NCBI GenBank assembly: GCA_026418675.1
Contig: JAOAAX010000009.1
Span: forward strand, 1,192-65,191
Length of the DNA stretch: 64,000 nucleotides
Direction: 5' to 3'
From: Chthoniobacterales bacterium
GTDB lineage: Bacteria > Verrucomicrobiota > Verrucomicrobiia > Chthoniobacterales > DYNR01
Both the position numbers and the translations under genes were made by a program. Position 1 is the stretch's first letter. Every line of letters starts with the position of its first letter. Positions 37,830 through 47,688 of this stretch are shown one piece after another. A model generated the notes under the pieces. It saw only the letters and a program-made list of their open reading frames with translations, had not been told where the DNA came from and searched no databases.

Positions 37830-39143
37830 TCAGGACATTAAGCATTCTTCGGCAGCTCTTGAAATCGCAGAAACCATTTTTTTTAACTGTTCTTTGGTGC
37901 TGCAGTAAGGAGGTATTAGGATAACTGTATCCCCAATGTTTCTGGTAAGAAGTCCATACTTTCTCGCAGCTTGACAGACTCTCCAGCCTGCTCGACTTAA
38001 GGGTGGAAATGGCTTACCGTCTTCATCGTTCAAATCAATACCTGCTATTAACCCCACTTGGCGAAAATTTTTTGTAAAACGACATTTTTCAGAAAGCGAC
38101 TCTAAAAGCTCACTTAGAAAATTCGCTAACTCGTTAACCTTTTGTAAAGTATTCTCCTCTTCAAAAACTTTTAAATTCGCAAGAGCTGCAGCACAACCAA
38201 GTGCGTTTGCAGTGTAACTGTGACCATAAAAAAGCGACCTACCCTCGTGCCACTCTCCAAGAAATCCTTCGTAAATCCTCTGATTCGTAATGGTTGCTGC
38301 AAGTGGCAAATAACCACCAGTTAAGCCTTTTGCGAGGCAGAGTATATCGGGAACAACACCTTCATGTTCAAAGGCAAACATTCTTCCAGTCCTACCAAAT
38401 CCGGTAAGAACTTCATCCAAAATCAAAAAAACGCCAAAGCAGTCACAGATTTCTCGAACTTGTCTTAACATCCCTCTAGGCCAAAGGAAAATTCGGTTAA
38501 CTCCTTGGACAATTGGTTCGAGGACCACTCCAGCTATTTCTCCACGAAGCAAACTTTCATGAGTCTGGAGTTCATCAGCACTCGAAACCCTATAAACCGG
38601 GAAATGCATTTCCGAAAAACGGTCATGGAACAAAGGAATATCTCCTATGCTGCTGGCGCCAGCAGTATCTCCATGATACGCTCCGGAAAAAGCAATAAAT
38701 TTCTTTCGGTTTGGGAATCCATTTTGTTGCCAGTATTGAAAAGCAATCTTTAGAGCAACCTCAATTGCCGTCGAACCATTATCGGAAAAGAAAACACGCT
38801 GGAGTGTTCCTGAAGGAATTAGACTAGTTAAATTTTTAGCTAGTTCAGCAGCCAACGGATGTGTTGTGCCAAGAAATGATACATGAGCAAAACGCTCTAA
38901 CTGTTCTTTAATAGCGGCATTAATTAACGGATGACAGTGCCCATGTAAATTGGTCCAAATTGAACTATTGCCGTCTAAATACTCTCTTCCATGTATATCC
39001 CAGAGAATAGCACCCTTACCACCTACCAAAAACAAAGGTTCAAAATCGGGCCCTGTCCACTCCTTCATTGGAGTAAAAGGATGCCACACATGTTCCCTCT
39101 CCCACTTTAGCAAAAGATCGTAGTTTAATCCGGATCTCCGCAC
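37830..39143 (-). CDS. bioA: Adenosylmethionine-8-amino-7-oxononanoate aminotransferase
   Basis: Class III aminotransferase with HVWHPFT, FFSDNGSTAIEVALK, ILDEVLTGFGRTG and CLAKGLTGGYLPLAA. Confidence 0.88.
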   Translation of the reverse strand: MRRSGLNYDLLLKWEREHVWHPFTPMKEWTGPDFEPLFLVGGKGAILWDIHGREYLDGNSSIWTNLHGHCHPLINAAIKEQLERFAHVSFLGTTHPLAAELAKNLTSLIPSGTLQRVFFSDNGSTAIEVALKIAFQYWQQNGFPNRKKFIAFSGAYHGDTAGASSIGDIPLFHDRFSEMHFPVYRVSSADELQTHESLLRGEIAGVVLEPIVQGVNRIFLWPRGMLRQVREICDCFGVFLILDEVLTGFGRTGRMFAFEHEGVVPDILCLAKGLTGGYLPLAATITNQRIYEGFLGEWHEGRSLFYGHSYTANALGCAAALANLKVFEEENTLQKVNELANFLSELLESLSEKCRFTKNFRQVGLIAGIDLNDEDGKPFPPLSRAGWRVCQAARKYGLLTRNIGDTVILIPPYCSTKEQLKKMVSAISRAAEECLMS

Positions 39144-39192
39144 TTTTATTTTATATTAAAATTAAATATGGATAAATAAATCTAGTATTGAA

Positions 39193-39222
39193 TAAAAAAG
39201 CGCCAAAAGTCCAATTGGCGCT
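39193..39222 (-). terminator. Rho-independent (bidirectional-looking) terminator after cbiM
   Basis: AGCGCCAA-8 nt-TTGGCGCT hairpin, followed by T6 on the minus strand and T4 on the plus strand. Confidence 0.7.
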
Positions 39223-39264
39223 CTTTTAAACTCCAAATTACTTTGGAAGTTCTAGAAAAATTGA

Positions 39265-40188
39265 CTAGGAAGCCTTCGTTTTAGCAGGTCTGCACCAAGC
39301 TGTGGATAACAAAAATGCCACGGCAAACGTAGCAGCAACTCCAACAACTCCAGCAGCAGCAGTTGCTACACCTTGATGAGAAATACCGGGTAAAGAATAA
39401 TCCGGTAGTGGGGCAACAAATGTAGGAGCCGATTCATGGAGGAATTCAAGTTTCTCCGCTACCCATTCTAAACCATCCGGCCATGGACTAGCAAATGGGC
39501 TTAAAAGCGCAGCCAAGAGGAAAGCTACTATAAGAATATAAGGCAAGGAAGTTCGAGCTGAAGTAGTAATAGGCGCAACTACTTTTGGACTCTCAGAAAT
39601 TAGATAAACCGCAATAATTGTCAAAAAAGCTTCTCCTATTCCAATCATGGCGTGTATGCCAACCATCGCAGGTAAAACTTTAGCCAACGGAATTACACCC
39701 GCCATCCACAATTCCAAACTAAGGAAAAAAGCTGCCAGAACCACTGAAACCCACGCAGAAATACCAGTCATAGTAAGAGAACGCAAATCTTTTTGTCCCC
39801 CTTTTAAAAAATTATTGAGCAACCCTCCTAATCCTGCTCCCACTAAACCCATGTTCAATAAATTAGCTCCCAAAACTGTAAGTCCTCCATCAGAAAACAT
39901 CAAGCATTGTAAAGTAACCACCAGCGCTAGAGAGAGAATCCCAAATGGCACTCCCAGCAAACTGCTTGCTAATACTCCACCTAATAAATGCCCCGATGTG
40001 CCATTTTGAATTGGGAAATTAAGCATTTGAGCGGCAAATATCAATGCCGTTACAGAAGCAAAACGAATTGGCTCAGGCCGCTCTTTTGACTTTACAGCAC
40101 TATAAGCTGCTCCGGCAACTCCAACTGTTGAAACAATAGCAGTTAATGGACACACTGGTCCGGACATCATTCCATCGGGGATATGCAT
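39265..40188 (-). CDS. cbiM: CbiM/NikM-type cobalt/nickel ECF substrate-capture protein fused to a C-terminal PDGLE domain
   Basis: Canonical MHIPDGMMSG N-terminus, multiple TM helices, and C-terminal SPWPDGLEWVAEKLEF. Confidence 0.85.
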   Translation of the reverse strand: MHIPDGMMSGPVCPLTAIVSTVGVAGAAYSAVKSKERPEPIRFASVTALIFAAQMLNFPIQNGTSGHLLGGVLASSLLGVPFGILSLALVVTLQCLMFSDGGLTVLGANLLNMGLVGAGLGGLLNNFLKGGQKDLRSLTMTGISAWVSVVLAAFFLSLELWMAGVIPLAKVLPAMVGIHAMIGIGEAFLTIIAVYLISESPKVVAPITTSARTSLPYILIVAFLLAALLSPFASPWPDGLEWVAEKLEFLHESAPTFVAPLPDYSLPGISHQGVATAAAGVVGVAATFAVAFLLSTAWCRPAKTKAS

Positions 40189-40348
40189 AGCTTTTACTCC
40201 TACAACATCAATATCCTGAACATTAGCCGCCTTTTTAGCAAGGAAATTATTCTACTTAAAAAAAATAAAAAAGACATAAAAATCAAAAATATTAATTTTA
40301 CCTTGATACTTCTTGAAAAAACATATTTTTTTGTAGAGTAATAGGATT

Positions 40349-41083
40349 ATGCTAAAACGTGAGGAAATAAATTGGGATGAGATACGAGAAGTAGGAAACC
40401 AACTCGAGCAACTTGAAGTATGCGAAATTTTACGCTGGTGTTGGCAGAAATATGGAAAGCGAGCTGCGATTGGAACTAGTTTTCAGGGCGGAGGATTAGT
40501 AGTCCTCAATGAAGCTATGGAAAATGGTTTGGATTTTCCAGTTTTCACCATAGATACGGGCTTACTGTTTCCAGAATCGTTGGAGTTGAAAAAAAAATTG
40601 GAAGAAAGATATGGAATCATTATTGAATCGCTTTTTCCAGAGCTAAGTATTGAGGATCAAGCGAAAGAATTTGGCCCAGAATTATGGAAACGGAATCCCG
40701 ACCTTTGCTGCACACTGCGAAAAGTTATCCCACTACAAAAGAAGCTAACTCAATTGGATGTATGGATTACGGGCCTGCGCCGTCAACAAAGTGAAAGTCG
40801 CACAAAAATTAAAGTTTTGGAAATTTACAAGTTCGATGTAATTTACGACCGATATATCATAAAACTAAACCCCGTGGCCGGTTGGTCTCGAGACCAAGTC
40901 AGAGATTATTTAAAAAAATGGGAAATTCCAACAAACCCTTTACTTGAAAAAGGCTACCGAAGCATCGGCTGTATGCCTTGCACGAGGCCAATCGCAGAGG
41001 GAGAAAACGAACGCGCAGGCCGATGGACAGGTTTTGATAAATCGGAGTGCGGTATCCACACTTTCCTCGGAGCAAATATCTAA
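40349..41083 (+). CDS. cysH: Assimilatory adenylyl-/phosphoadenylyl-sulfate reductase (Fe-S type CysH)
   Basis: PAPS_reduct fold, a CC pair (NPDLCCTLRKV), CMPCT, and C-terminal SECGIH. Confidence 0.88.
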   Translation: MLKREEINWDEIREVGNQLEQLEVCEILRWCWQKYGKRAAIGTSFQGGGLVVLNEAMENGLDFPVFTIDTGLLFPESLELKKKLEERYGIIIESLFPELSIEDQAKEFGPELWKRNPDLCCTLRKVIPLQKKLTQLDVWITGLRRQQSESRTKIKVLEIYKFDVIYDRYIIKLNPVAGWSRDQVRDYLKKWEIPTNPLLEKGYRSIGCMPCTRPIAEGENERAGRWTGFDKSECGIHTFLGANI

Positions 41084-41143
41084 TTTTTGACTTGAAAATA
41101 GTCACTTCTAATTTGTATAAATCATTTGGATTTGATTTTAATT

Positions 41144-42538
41144 ATGAAAATTAAGACTTATTTATACATTATTTTTTGTTTGTTGACTCCTATTCCTACT
41201 TTTGCAGACAGTAAAAAACATCAAGTTTATCAAGGAAATTCTTTGAATGAACTAGAAATTTGGTGGGGCGGCGATGGAATTTCAGGAAATTGGTTTGGCT
41301 GGCGTTCCAAGCTTTCAGAAATAGGGCTTCAACCTTTCGCCGATTATACTTTTGATATTTTTGGAAATACCGCTGGTGGAATAAAACGAGGAACAGTTTA
41401 CTCAGGCCTCCTTAGCTTCGGCATCGAAGTTGACCTAGAAAAATTAGTTGGTTGGAAAGGTGCAGTTTTTCTTAATTCCTGGAAATGGCTTTCAGGACGT
41501 GACGCTTCTGAAGACCTTGTTGGAAACTTTTTTACAATTTCAAACATAGCAGGTTTTAACACTCTGAGAGTATTCGACTTGTGGTTAGAACAAAAGTTGT
41601 TTGATAGTATTTTTTCAATAAAAATTGGACAATTCTCTGCTGATAGTGAATTTTTAATTTCTGATACTGCGTCACTTTTTCTTAACGGAACTTTTGGCTG
41701 GCCAGCCTTTGCCTATTTAAACTTGCCGAATGGTGGTCAAGGTTACCCAATGAGTACACTAGGCCTGAGACTGCAACTGCAGCCAGTTAATTGGTTCTCT
41801 TTGCAATCTGCCCTTTTTCAAGGAAATGTTTTTTCACAGGATGTCAATAGATATGGTTTTCGTTACCGTTTTAATTCAGAAAACGGTGCTACTTGGTTTG
41901 TTGAGTCTCAATTCAAATGGGATGAGTTCCCATGGTTAATTAAAAACCCAGGTGGATTTAAAGCTGGTCTTTGGCTTCAAACAGGGCACAACGCTAATCA
42001 ATTCTCTGCTGACCAAATTTCGACTAACACTGCTATCTACTTTGTGTTTGATCAAATCCTTTTCCACGAAATGTCAGGTTTAACACAAACTTTACCCTCC
42101 TCCAAAACCACTCAACCATCAATTTCAAGAAAGAATGTCCAGGCCCAAACGTTTTCTAACCAAAAAAGTCAAAACTTAGAAAACTCTCAAGGCTTAGCAA
42201 CCTTTGCTCGTTTTGGGGTTGCACCAGCACAACAAAACTTTACTAACTTCTATTTTGACACAGGATTTGTTTATACTGGCCTAATTCCCTATCGCGATGA
42301 AGACAAACTTGGAATAGCTTTGGGCTTCACAAAATTAACCTCAAGAGCCAAATCCTCACTCATTGATGAAGGATTATCACCTCTCTCTAATGAATTAATT
42401 CTAGAAGCAACCTATAAAATTCAAGTAAATCCATGGTTTTATCTGCAGCCTAATATACAAGCTATTTTTAACCCAGGAGCAGATTCATCTCTACGCGACT
42501 CCCTTATAGTTGGATTTCGGGGACAAGTTACCTTCTAG
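41144..42538 (+). CDS. OprB-family carbohydrate-selective porin
   Basis: Signal peptide, GNWFGWRSKLSEIGLQPFADYTFDIFGNTAGG typical of the OprB N-terminus, beta-strand periodicity, and a terminal Phe. ORF track starts at 41126. Confidence 0.7.
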   Translation: MKIKTYLYIIFCLLTPIPTFADSKKHQVYQGNSLNELEIWWGGDGISGNWFGWRSKLSEIGLQPFADYTFDIFGNTAGGIKRGTVYSGLLSFGIEVDLEKLVGWKGAVFLNSWKWLSGRDASEDLVGNFFTISNIAGFNTLRVFDLWLEQKLFDSIFSIKIGQFSADSEFLISDTASLFLNGTFGWPAFAYLNLPNGGQGYPMSTLGLRLQLQPVNWFSLQSALFQGNVFSQDVNRYGFRYRFNSENGATWFVESQFKWDEFPWLIKNPGGFKAGLWLQTGHNANQFSADQISTNTAIYFVFDQILFHEMSGLTQTLPSSKTTQPSISRKNVQAQTFSNQKSQNLENSQGLATFARFGVAPAQQNFTNFYFDTGFVYTGLIPYRDEDKLGIALGFTKLTSRAKSSLIDEGLSPLSNELILEATYKIQVNPWFYLQPNIQAIFNPGADSSLRDSLIVGFRGQVTF

Positions 42539-42559
42539 TTCCTCAAGCATTTATCTAAT

Positions 42560-43126
42560 TCATCCAGCATTCAATAAGCTCTTCAGAACCAAATGGCAAA
42601 CAAGCAATTGAAAGTCCTCAGCAGATTGCATGTCGTCAATACTGAGATGAAGAGTAACGTTAGCTAATTCTTTTGCTTTACCTCCATCAAATCCCACTAT
42701 AGCAAAGGAATGTAAACCTTTTTCTCGAGCAAATTCCAAAGCTCTTATTATGTTTGGAGAATTTCCACTGCCACTAAGGACAATTAAAATATCTCCTTCC
42801 CTTGCTAAAGCTTGAAGTTGAAAGCGAAAAACTTCCTCATAACCTAGATCATTTGCTAGGCAAGTAAGTGTTGAAATGTCACTGGTCAATGCTAGTGCCT
42901 TTAAAGGACGGCCCCCCGCTTTCGATACAGGAAAAGTCAAATCATTAGCCCAATGAAGTGCATTAGCCGCACTTCCACCATTTCCACAAAAAAAAACTGT
43001 TGAACCCAATTCGCGCGCCCTACGTATCTTTTCTACAAGAATATTCAACAAACTCCAATCGAACTTTGCTAATGCAGAATTATATTTCTCAAGGTAGTTT
43101 ACTACTAAATCATCCAATTTCTTCAT
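42560..43126 (-). CDS. gmhA: SIS-domain phosphoheptose isomerase
   Basis: VFFCGNGGSAANALHWANDL and ILIVLSGSGNSPN. ATG at 43126 follows the stop of the upstream gene; ORF track extends to 43195. Confidence 0.85.
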   Translation of the reverse strand: MKKLDDLVVNYLEKYNSALAKFDWSLLNILVEKIRRARELGSTVFFCGNGGSAANALHWANDLTFPVSKAGGRPLKALALTSDISTLTCLANDLGYEEVFRFQLQALAREGDILIVLSGSGNSPNIIRALEFAREKGLHSFAIVGFDGGKAKELANVTLHLSIDDMQSAEDFQLLVCHLVLKSLLNAG

Positions 43127-43130
43127 AAAA

Positions 43131-43979
43131 TCAAAATCGAAACCATAATGCTGCTTTGAATCCACCTCCTGCTCCAGTAGTCCGCCCCGCCACATGCCAA
43201 AAAGGCCCTGCTTGTAACGACCACTGATTTCCGAGTTTAATCAAAATGCTCATTCCTAATTTTACTAACACAAAATCTGTCGTAAGCAAAATATTTTCAC
43301 CAACATACTGGGGTTGAGAATTCGTTAAGCCAAATATTCCTGAAGCTTCAAGCAAGTATATTTGCAGCCAATCCGTTAAATCCAATCCAGCAGTAAGATA
43401 AAATCTTAATTCGTCCGCTGGTGCTCCAGTGCGCAAACGATATCCAACTCCAGTATCTACAAACCCACTTCTTTCGAATAATATCCAATTAAATCCGAAA
43501 TAATAAGCTAGTTCTACATCAGTTTGGGCATTCCCTAAAGATGGCTGACGATCCACCTCATAAGGCCCACGAATTTTTACGGAGAGTTGTAAAGATTGTG
43601 GTAAATTATTGGTCAAACGATAACGCAGACCAACTTCAGGATCACTAAATCCAAAGTTTTTGTTGTTAACGTAGATATTTTGGTATTGAAGGAAATCGAG
43701 GTAAATATTGCCAAGAAAAGTCAACTTTTTAGTCAACCCATATTCCCAATATAAATTCCACTCGTGCTTCCGAAACTCTCCGCTATCAGAAAATCGTTGC
43801 AAATGCCATCCAGAGGTAAATTGTTCGTATGTGTAGTAGTAACTGTAGCCCAAAATAGCGAGTCCATGATGTTCAGGTTGTGTCCATGCCCCTGCAGTAA
43901 GTTTTTCATTCCAAGTAAATATTAAAAAAAGCATAAAATACACTGCTCTCAAATAAATTTTTATTTTTCGAACGCTCAT
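43131..43979 (-). CDS. Putative outer-membrane beta-barrel protein
   Basis: Signal peptide, alternating hydrophobic beta pattern, and C-terminal ...AALWFRF. Confidence 0.5.
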   Translation of the reverse strand: MSVRKIKIYLRAVYFMLFLIFTWNEKLTAGAWTQPEHHGLAILGYSYYYTYEQFTSGWHLQRFSDSGEFRKHEWNLYWEYGLTKKLTFLGNIYLDFLQYQNIYVNNKNFGFSDPEVGLRYRLTNNLPQSLQLSVKIRGPYEVDRQPSLGNAQTDVELAYYFGFNWILFERSGFVDTGVGYRLRTGAPADELRFYLTAGLDLTDWLQIYLLEASGIFGLTNSQPQYVGENILLTTDFVLVKLGMSILIKLGNQWSLQAGPFWHVAGRTTGAGGGFKAALWFRF

Positions 43980-44075
43980 AAACCTTTAATCAGATTTTTT
44001 TTAATCAAAATTCCATCAAACTGTTTTATTTTTAAACTTGACGTAAATATAACTATCATCATCTTGTAGCCTAAA

Positions 44076-45332
44076 ATGCAAGTTTTTTCAAACACATTAG
44101 ATCAACAGGAAAATTCAAATTTTGGTTCTGCACCTGGCTCAAATGATGAAGTTTTACGCCATCTGGAAGCAAATTCTTTCTGTGCGAATCTTCCAGATGC
44201 GGATCTCCAATGGTTAGCAGCAAGTGTTTCGGCATTAAATCTTTCCTCAGGAGCAATACTCTTTGAAGACAAAGACTCTACTGACTCAGTCTACCTCGTC
44301 GCAAGAGGAGCTGTTAGTTTCTTAAGTCGCGTCTCACTTTCTGCCGAATACACAGAAATTGCCAGAATCTTGCCAGGTGATTTCTTTGGCGAAGGCACTG
44401 TAATTGATAAAATTTGCATGCAACACCTCATGCCTAATACTACTAATCAAGAGAAAGATTCTAAAATCTTCAAAAATCGAAATTCCAGAGCAAGGGTATA
44501 TTGTCCCACCCCCACTCTCTTATATACAGCATCCTCAAAAGTTGTTTCTCAACTCCTATATCGTCAACCAATTTTAATGGTTCGAAATTTATTAAAGCAC
44601 TCCGCTGACAAATCCAGAATGAGTTCACAATCCTTATTTGATGAAGTGATTAAACGTGAAACAAAGCTTGTCGTTGAAGGATTAATTGACTGGTTAACAA
44701 GACATACAATTGATTTCCTAACAACTCTTCAAATAAACACCGATATACTTGTCGAACGCGCTCTTGGCGGACCTAGTCAAGTTTTCGTTTTAGATATTGC
44801 CGATACCCTCGCAAATTATAGAAACACTATCACAGTCCTTCGTGAATTTGCTGCAGGTGTTCCCCTACAACCTCCTTTAAAAAATATTAACCTCCGTGAT
44901 TGGAGCAAAAACATAGAACCCACTTTAAAGACACTTTGTAAATCAAAAGATATAACTTGCTCCATATACGCTGAAGACTTTGAAGTCTCAACTAACCCAA
45001 CAACATTAGATAAAGCAACTCATTACTGTTTTTTGGGAATTCTCGAAGTTGCAACCAAAGGGTCAAATGTTGAAATGCGCGTAGGTAAAAACCAAAGTAT
45101 GGCTGAAATCCAAATAAGTTTTTACTACCCTGCCCTTTCAGAATTCGTTCTACTTCGTCTCTTCGAGCCTTTCTCCCTCCGCGGCGAAAATCAGGACGTA
45201 GGTATCTGTTTAACGTTAAGTAAATTCCTTATGCAAAGTCTAAAAGGGGACGCCCAAATAAAACGCCGCTCCAATAATTACTTATCCATCTGTTTCTCTT
45301 TTCCAATTTATTCAGTAAACAATGCAAGTTGA
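44076..45332 (+). CDS. Cyclic-nucleotide-binding domain protein with a degenerate histidine-kinase-like C-terminal region
   Basis: CAP-type cNMP domain (SGAILFEDKDSTDSVYLVARGAV...LPGDFFGEG). The C-terminal region keeps LFEPFS and DVGICLTLSKFLMQSLKG, but no DxGxG box is visible. Confidence 0.58.
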   Translation: MQVFSNTLDQQENSNFGSAPGSNDEVLRHLEANSFCANLPDADLQWLAASVSALNLSSGAILFEDKDSTDSVYLVARGAVSFLSRVSLSAEYTEIARILPGDFFGEGTVIDKICMQHLMPNTTNQEKDSKIFKNRNSRARVYCPTPTLLYTASSKVVSQLLYRQPILMVRNLLKHSADKSRMSSQSLFDEVIKRETKLVVEGLIDWLTRHTIDFLTTLQINTDILVERALGGPSQVFVLDIADTLANYRNTITVLREFAAGVPLQPPLKNINLRDWSKNIEPTLKTLCKSKDITCSIYAEDFEVSTNPTTLDKATHYCFLGILEVATKGSNVEMRVGKNQSMAEIQISFYYPALSEFVLLRLFEPFSLRGENQDVGICLTLSKFLMQSLKGDAQIKRRSNNYLSICFSFPIYSVNNAS

Positions 45333-45867
45333 TTATTCTCGTCATCCGGATGGATCTTATCGTCAAGTTCTTCTTGTTGAACGGGATGCAACGCTCCTTA
45401 ACTCAATTGCAAGAGCTCTTGAATTGGAGGGTTTCTTAGTAACACGTTCAACTAACCTAAAAAATGCAGAAAACTCGATTCAGAAAAATTTATATGATGC
45501 TATAATACTCTCAGATCAGTTCTCTGACGAAAATACTCTTCAATTTATAAAAAACCTTCGTGGCCTAGGAACAAGTGCACCAATTATTTTCTTAAATACA
45601 AAACTAAACAATCATTTCCAAACTCTAATTACCGAATCTGGTGCAAACTACATTCTAACAAAGCCTTTTACGTTTCATGACCTTAGGAATTGTCTCTATC
45701 GTTGTTTTGAGCAAGCATGTTCTGACCTATTTGTTCCTCCCCCTGTTTGGTCCAAAACAAATCAAATCAAAAGGGAATCCCTTCGAACATCACTCTGGCT
45801 TGGAATTCTTGCTTCAATTCTGATTGGGGTTGCTTTATATTTCACCATGATTGTTGTAAGTTCTTAA
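45322..45867 (+). CDS. Receiver (REC)-like domain protein with a C-terminal transmembrane helix
   Basis: VLLVERDATLL...YDAIILSDQF...ILTKPF receiver pattern. C-terminal LWLGILASILIGVALYFTMIVV. There is an 11-nt overlap with the upstream gene. Confidence 0.6.
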   Translation: MQVDYSRHPDGSYRQVLLVERDATLLNSIARALELEGFLVTRSTNLKNAENSIQKNLYDAIILSDQFSDENTLQFIKNLRGLGTSAPIIFLNTKLNNHFQTLITESGANYILTKPFTFHDLRNCLYRCFEQACSDLFVPPPVWSKTNQIKRESLRTSLWLGILASILIGVALYFTMIVVSS

Positions 45868-47114
45868 CACCATTTCTCAGATGTTCTTATTTGATTTCTG
45901 CCCTCCCGTTTAGCTTGATACAACAAACCATCTGCTTCAGTTAACATCTCTTGGAATGTTTTCTTACTTTGAAAGTTAATCGAAACACCTGCACTTACTG
46001 TTAGGCAAATCTCATTGTTAAGAAATTTTATTTTCTGTTGAGCCACATCATTTCGAAATGCTTCAAGAGCTTCGATAGCATCAGCTCCATATCCGAGAAT
46101 TCCAAACTCTTCACCTCCTATCCTTGCCGCAATTATTGCTCCATCAAAATGCTTTTTAATAATACTTGATACCATCTTTAAGGCTACATCTCCCGCGGCA
46201 TGCCCATAAGTATCGTTAATTGATTTGAAGTGATCTACATCCAAAATAGATAACCATATCGTCCGCTCACCAAAACCCTTTGAAAAAAGCTCCTCAGAAC
46301 GATCAAAAAAAGCCCTCCTATTCGGCAATCCAGTTAAAACGTCATTTAATGCAGTTGCTTTAATCTTTTCTACTAGCTCAATCATCTCAAAATTCAATAG
46401 AACTCTCCAGAGAAGTTCCTTGTCATGAAAGGGTTTCTTTATGAAATCATTCGCTCCATACATTAAAAAACGTAAAGACAAATCTTCATCTTCCAAAGAA
46501 GACAATCCAATAACTGTTTTTTCATAAAAAGGATATGATTGTCTTATTTTTGAAAGAAATTCTAAACCATCCATCCCTCCCAGCACATAGTCAGTAATAA
46601 TAACCCGAACACTATTTTCCTTATCGAGAATGCTCAGTCCTTCTTCTGCTGTCCTCGTATCAAATATCTTGATTCTAAGAGAACTTAAAATTGATACCAT
46701 TTTTCTCCTCATCAAATCATTATCATCCACAATTAGGATCGCCTTAAAACGATTTTCTATTATCTTTCTAAGAATATTTACAACTTGACCAATACACTCA
46801 GGGCTCTTTAAGACGTAAGCAATTGCATTTCTGTCTAGCTCACTAAACTTCGATTTCCAATCAGAGCTCGAACTCCAAACAATAAAAGGTATCATCAATC
46901 TAGAAAAAAATTCTAATGATTCACCCCGAGTCGCATCCTCAAGAACTAATCCTGTCACCGCCGCTACAATCCCATTTCGATCTTTTAATACGATTTCTTT
47001 AGCAGATTGTAAGCTTTTTAATAAAACTGCTTCTAGACTCAACTCTTTTTTAATTGCATCTTTCAATAAATTTGAAAGCACTGTGCTTGACTCTAAAACG
47101 ATAACTTTATCCAT
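45864..47114 (-). CDS. Response regulator (two REC-like domains) fused to a GGDEF diguanylate cyclase
   Basis: ILIVDDNDLMRRK...VIITDYVLGGMDGLEF...IKKPF receiver. Also LTGLPNRRAF and RIGGEEFGIL (intact GGEEF). Confidence 0.85.
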   Translation of the reverse strand: MDKVIVLESSTVLSNLLKDAIKKELSLEAVLLKSLQSAKEIVLKDRNGIVAAVTGLVLEDATRGESLEFFSRLMIPFIVWSSSSDWKSKFSELDRNAIAYVLKSPECIGQVVNILRKIIENRFKAILIVDDNDLMRRKMVSILSSLRIKIFDTRTAEEGLSILDKENSVRVIITDYVLGGMDGLEFLSKIRQSYPFYEKTVIGLSSLEDEDLSLRFLMYGANDFIKKPFHDKELLWRVLLNFEMIELVEKIKATALNDVLTGLPNRRAFFDRSEELFSKGFGERTIWLSILDVDHFKSINDTYGHAAGDVALKMVSSIIKKHFDGAIIAARIGGEEFGILGYGADAIEALEAFRNDVAQQKIKFLNNEICLTVSAGVSINFQSKKTFQEMLTEADGLLYQAKREGRNQIRTSEKWC

Positions 47115-47235
47115 TTTTATCGCTAGAATTTAAACTAAAAAGTTTTTCTTGAAGTCAAGATCCGAAAAAAATATATTTTAAACATATTAATATCCAATCT
47201 AATAAAAAATGAACTTTTAAAAGTTAAAAATTTGT

Positions 47236-47565
47236 TTGTATCAAGTTTCAATTAAGAAACTTATGAAACGCTTGCGCAGATTGGCCCAAAATATGCTTTG
47301 TAGGCAAATATTGAATTCAGATCACTTTTTGCCTATGAAATACTTTATGCTACTAGGAGGTTTTCTAGGTTTTGTGTTGACTTTTAGTGCTGGGATTTTA
47401 GCTCAGGCTGATCTGTGGGTTGCACTAATGCACTCCAGTTTAGGATGTGTTATAGGAGCTTTTCTTATGAAAGTTTTTCGTAAAGTTGTTGCCTCCTCGG
47501 TTCGTGAAGTAGTTATCGAACGCCATCGAACTAAATCGCAGGAGGCTATCCCCATGGAAGGTTAA
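47236..47565 (+). CDS. Small hypothetical membrane protein
   Basis: Two hydrophobic helices (FMLLGGFLGFVLTFSAGILA, SSLGCVIGAFLMKVF). Start uncertain (47236, 47263 or 47335). Confidence 0.35.
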   Translation: MYQVSIKKLMKRLRRLAQNMLCRQILNSDHFLPMKYFMLLGGFLGFVLTFSAGILAQADLWVALMHSSLGCVIGAFLMKVFRKVVASSVREVVIERHRTKSQEAIPMEG

Positions 47566-47688
47566 ATTTTGCCCGCACGGATGCATACTTACCCCTATAA
47601 GTTTCTAGAAAGTCAATTACTAATAATTTTTCTTTCAGCAAAATCCACCCTTGCATCCTTGGGCCTTTTTACTCTTGAATAGGCTCTG

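Noticed and set aside
40189-40348. Cobalamin or NiCo riboswitch upstream of cbiM, or regulatory RNA upstream of cysH
   Set aside because: The region is very AT-rich with A/T runs. There is no B12-box-like or paired GC-rich helix pattern. It is more consistent with divergent promoters.
45864-45867. Convergent genes sharing a palindromic TTAA as both stop codons
   Set aside because: This is a real but trivial consequence of tight convergent packing, not a functional element by itself.
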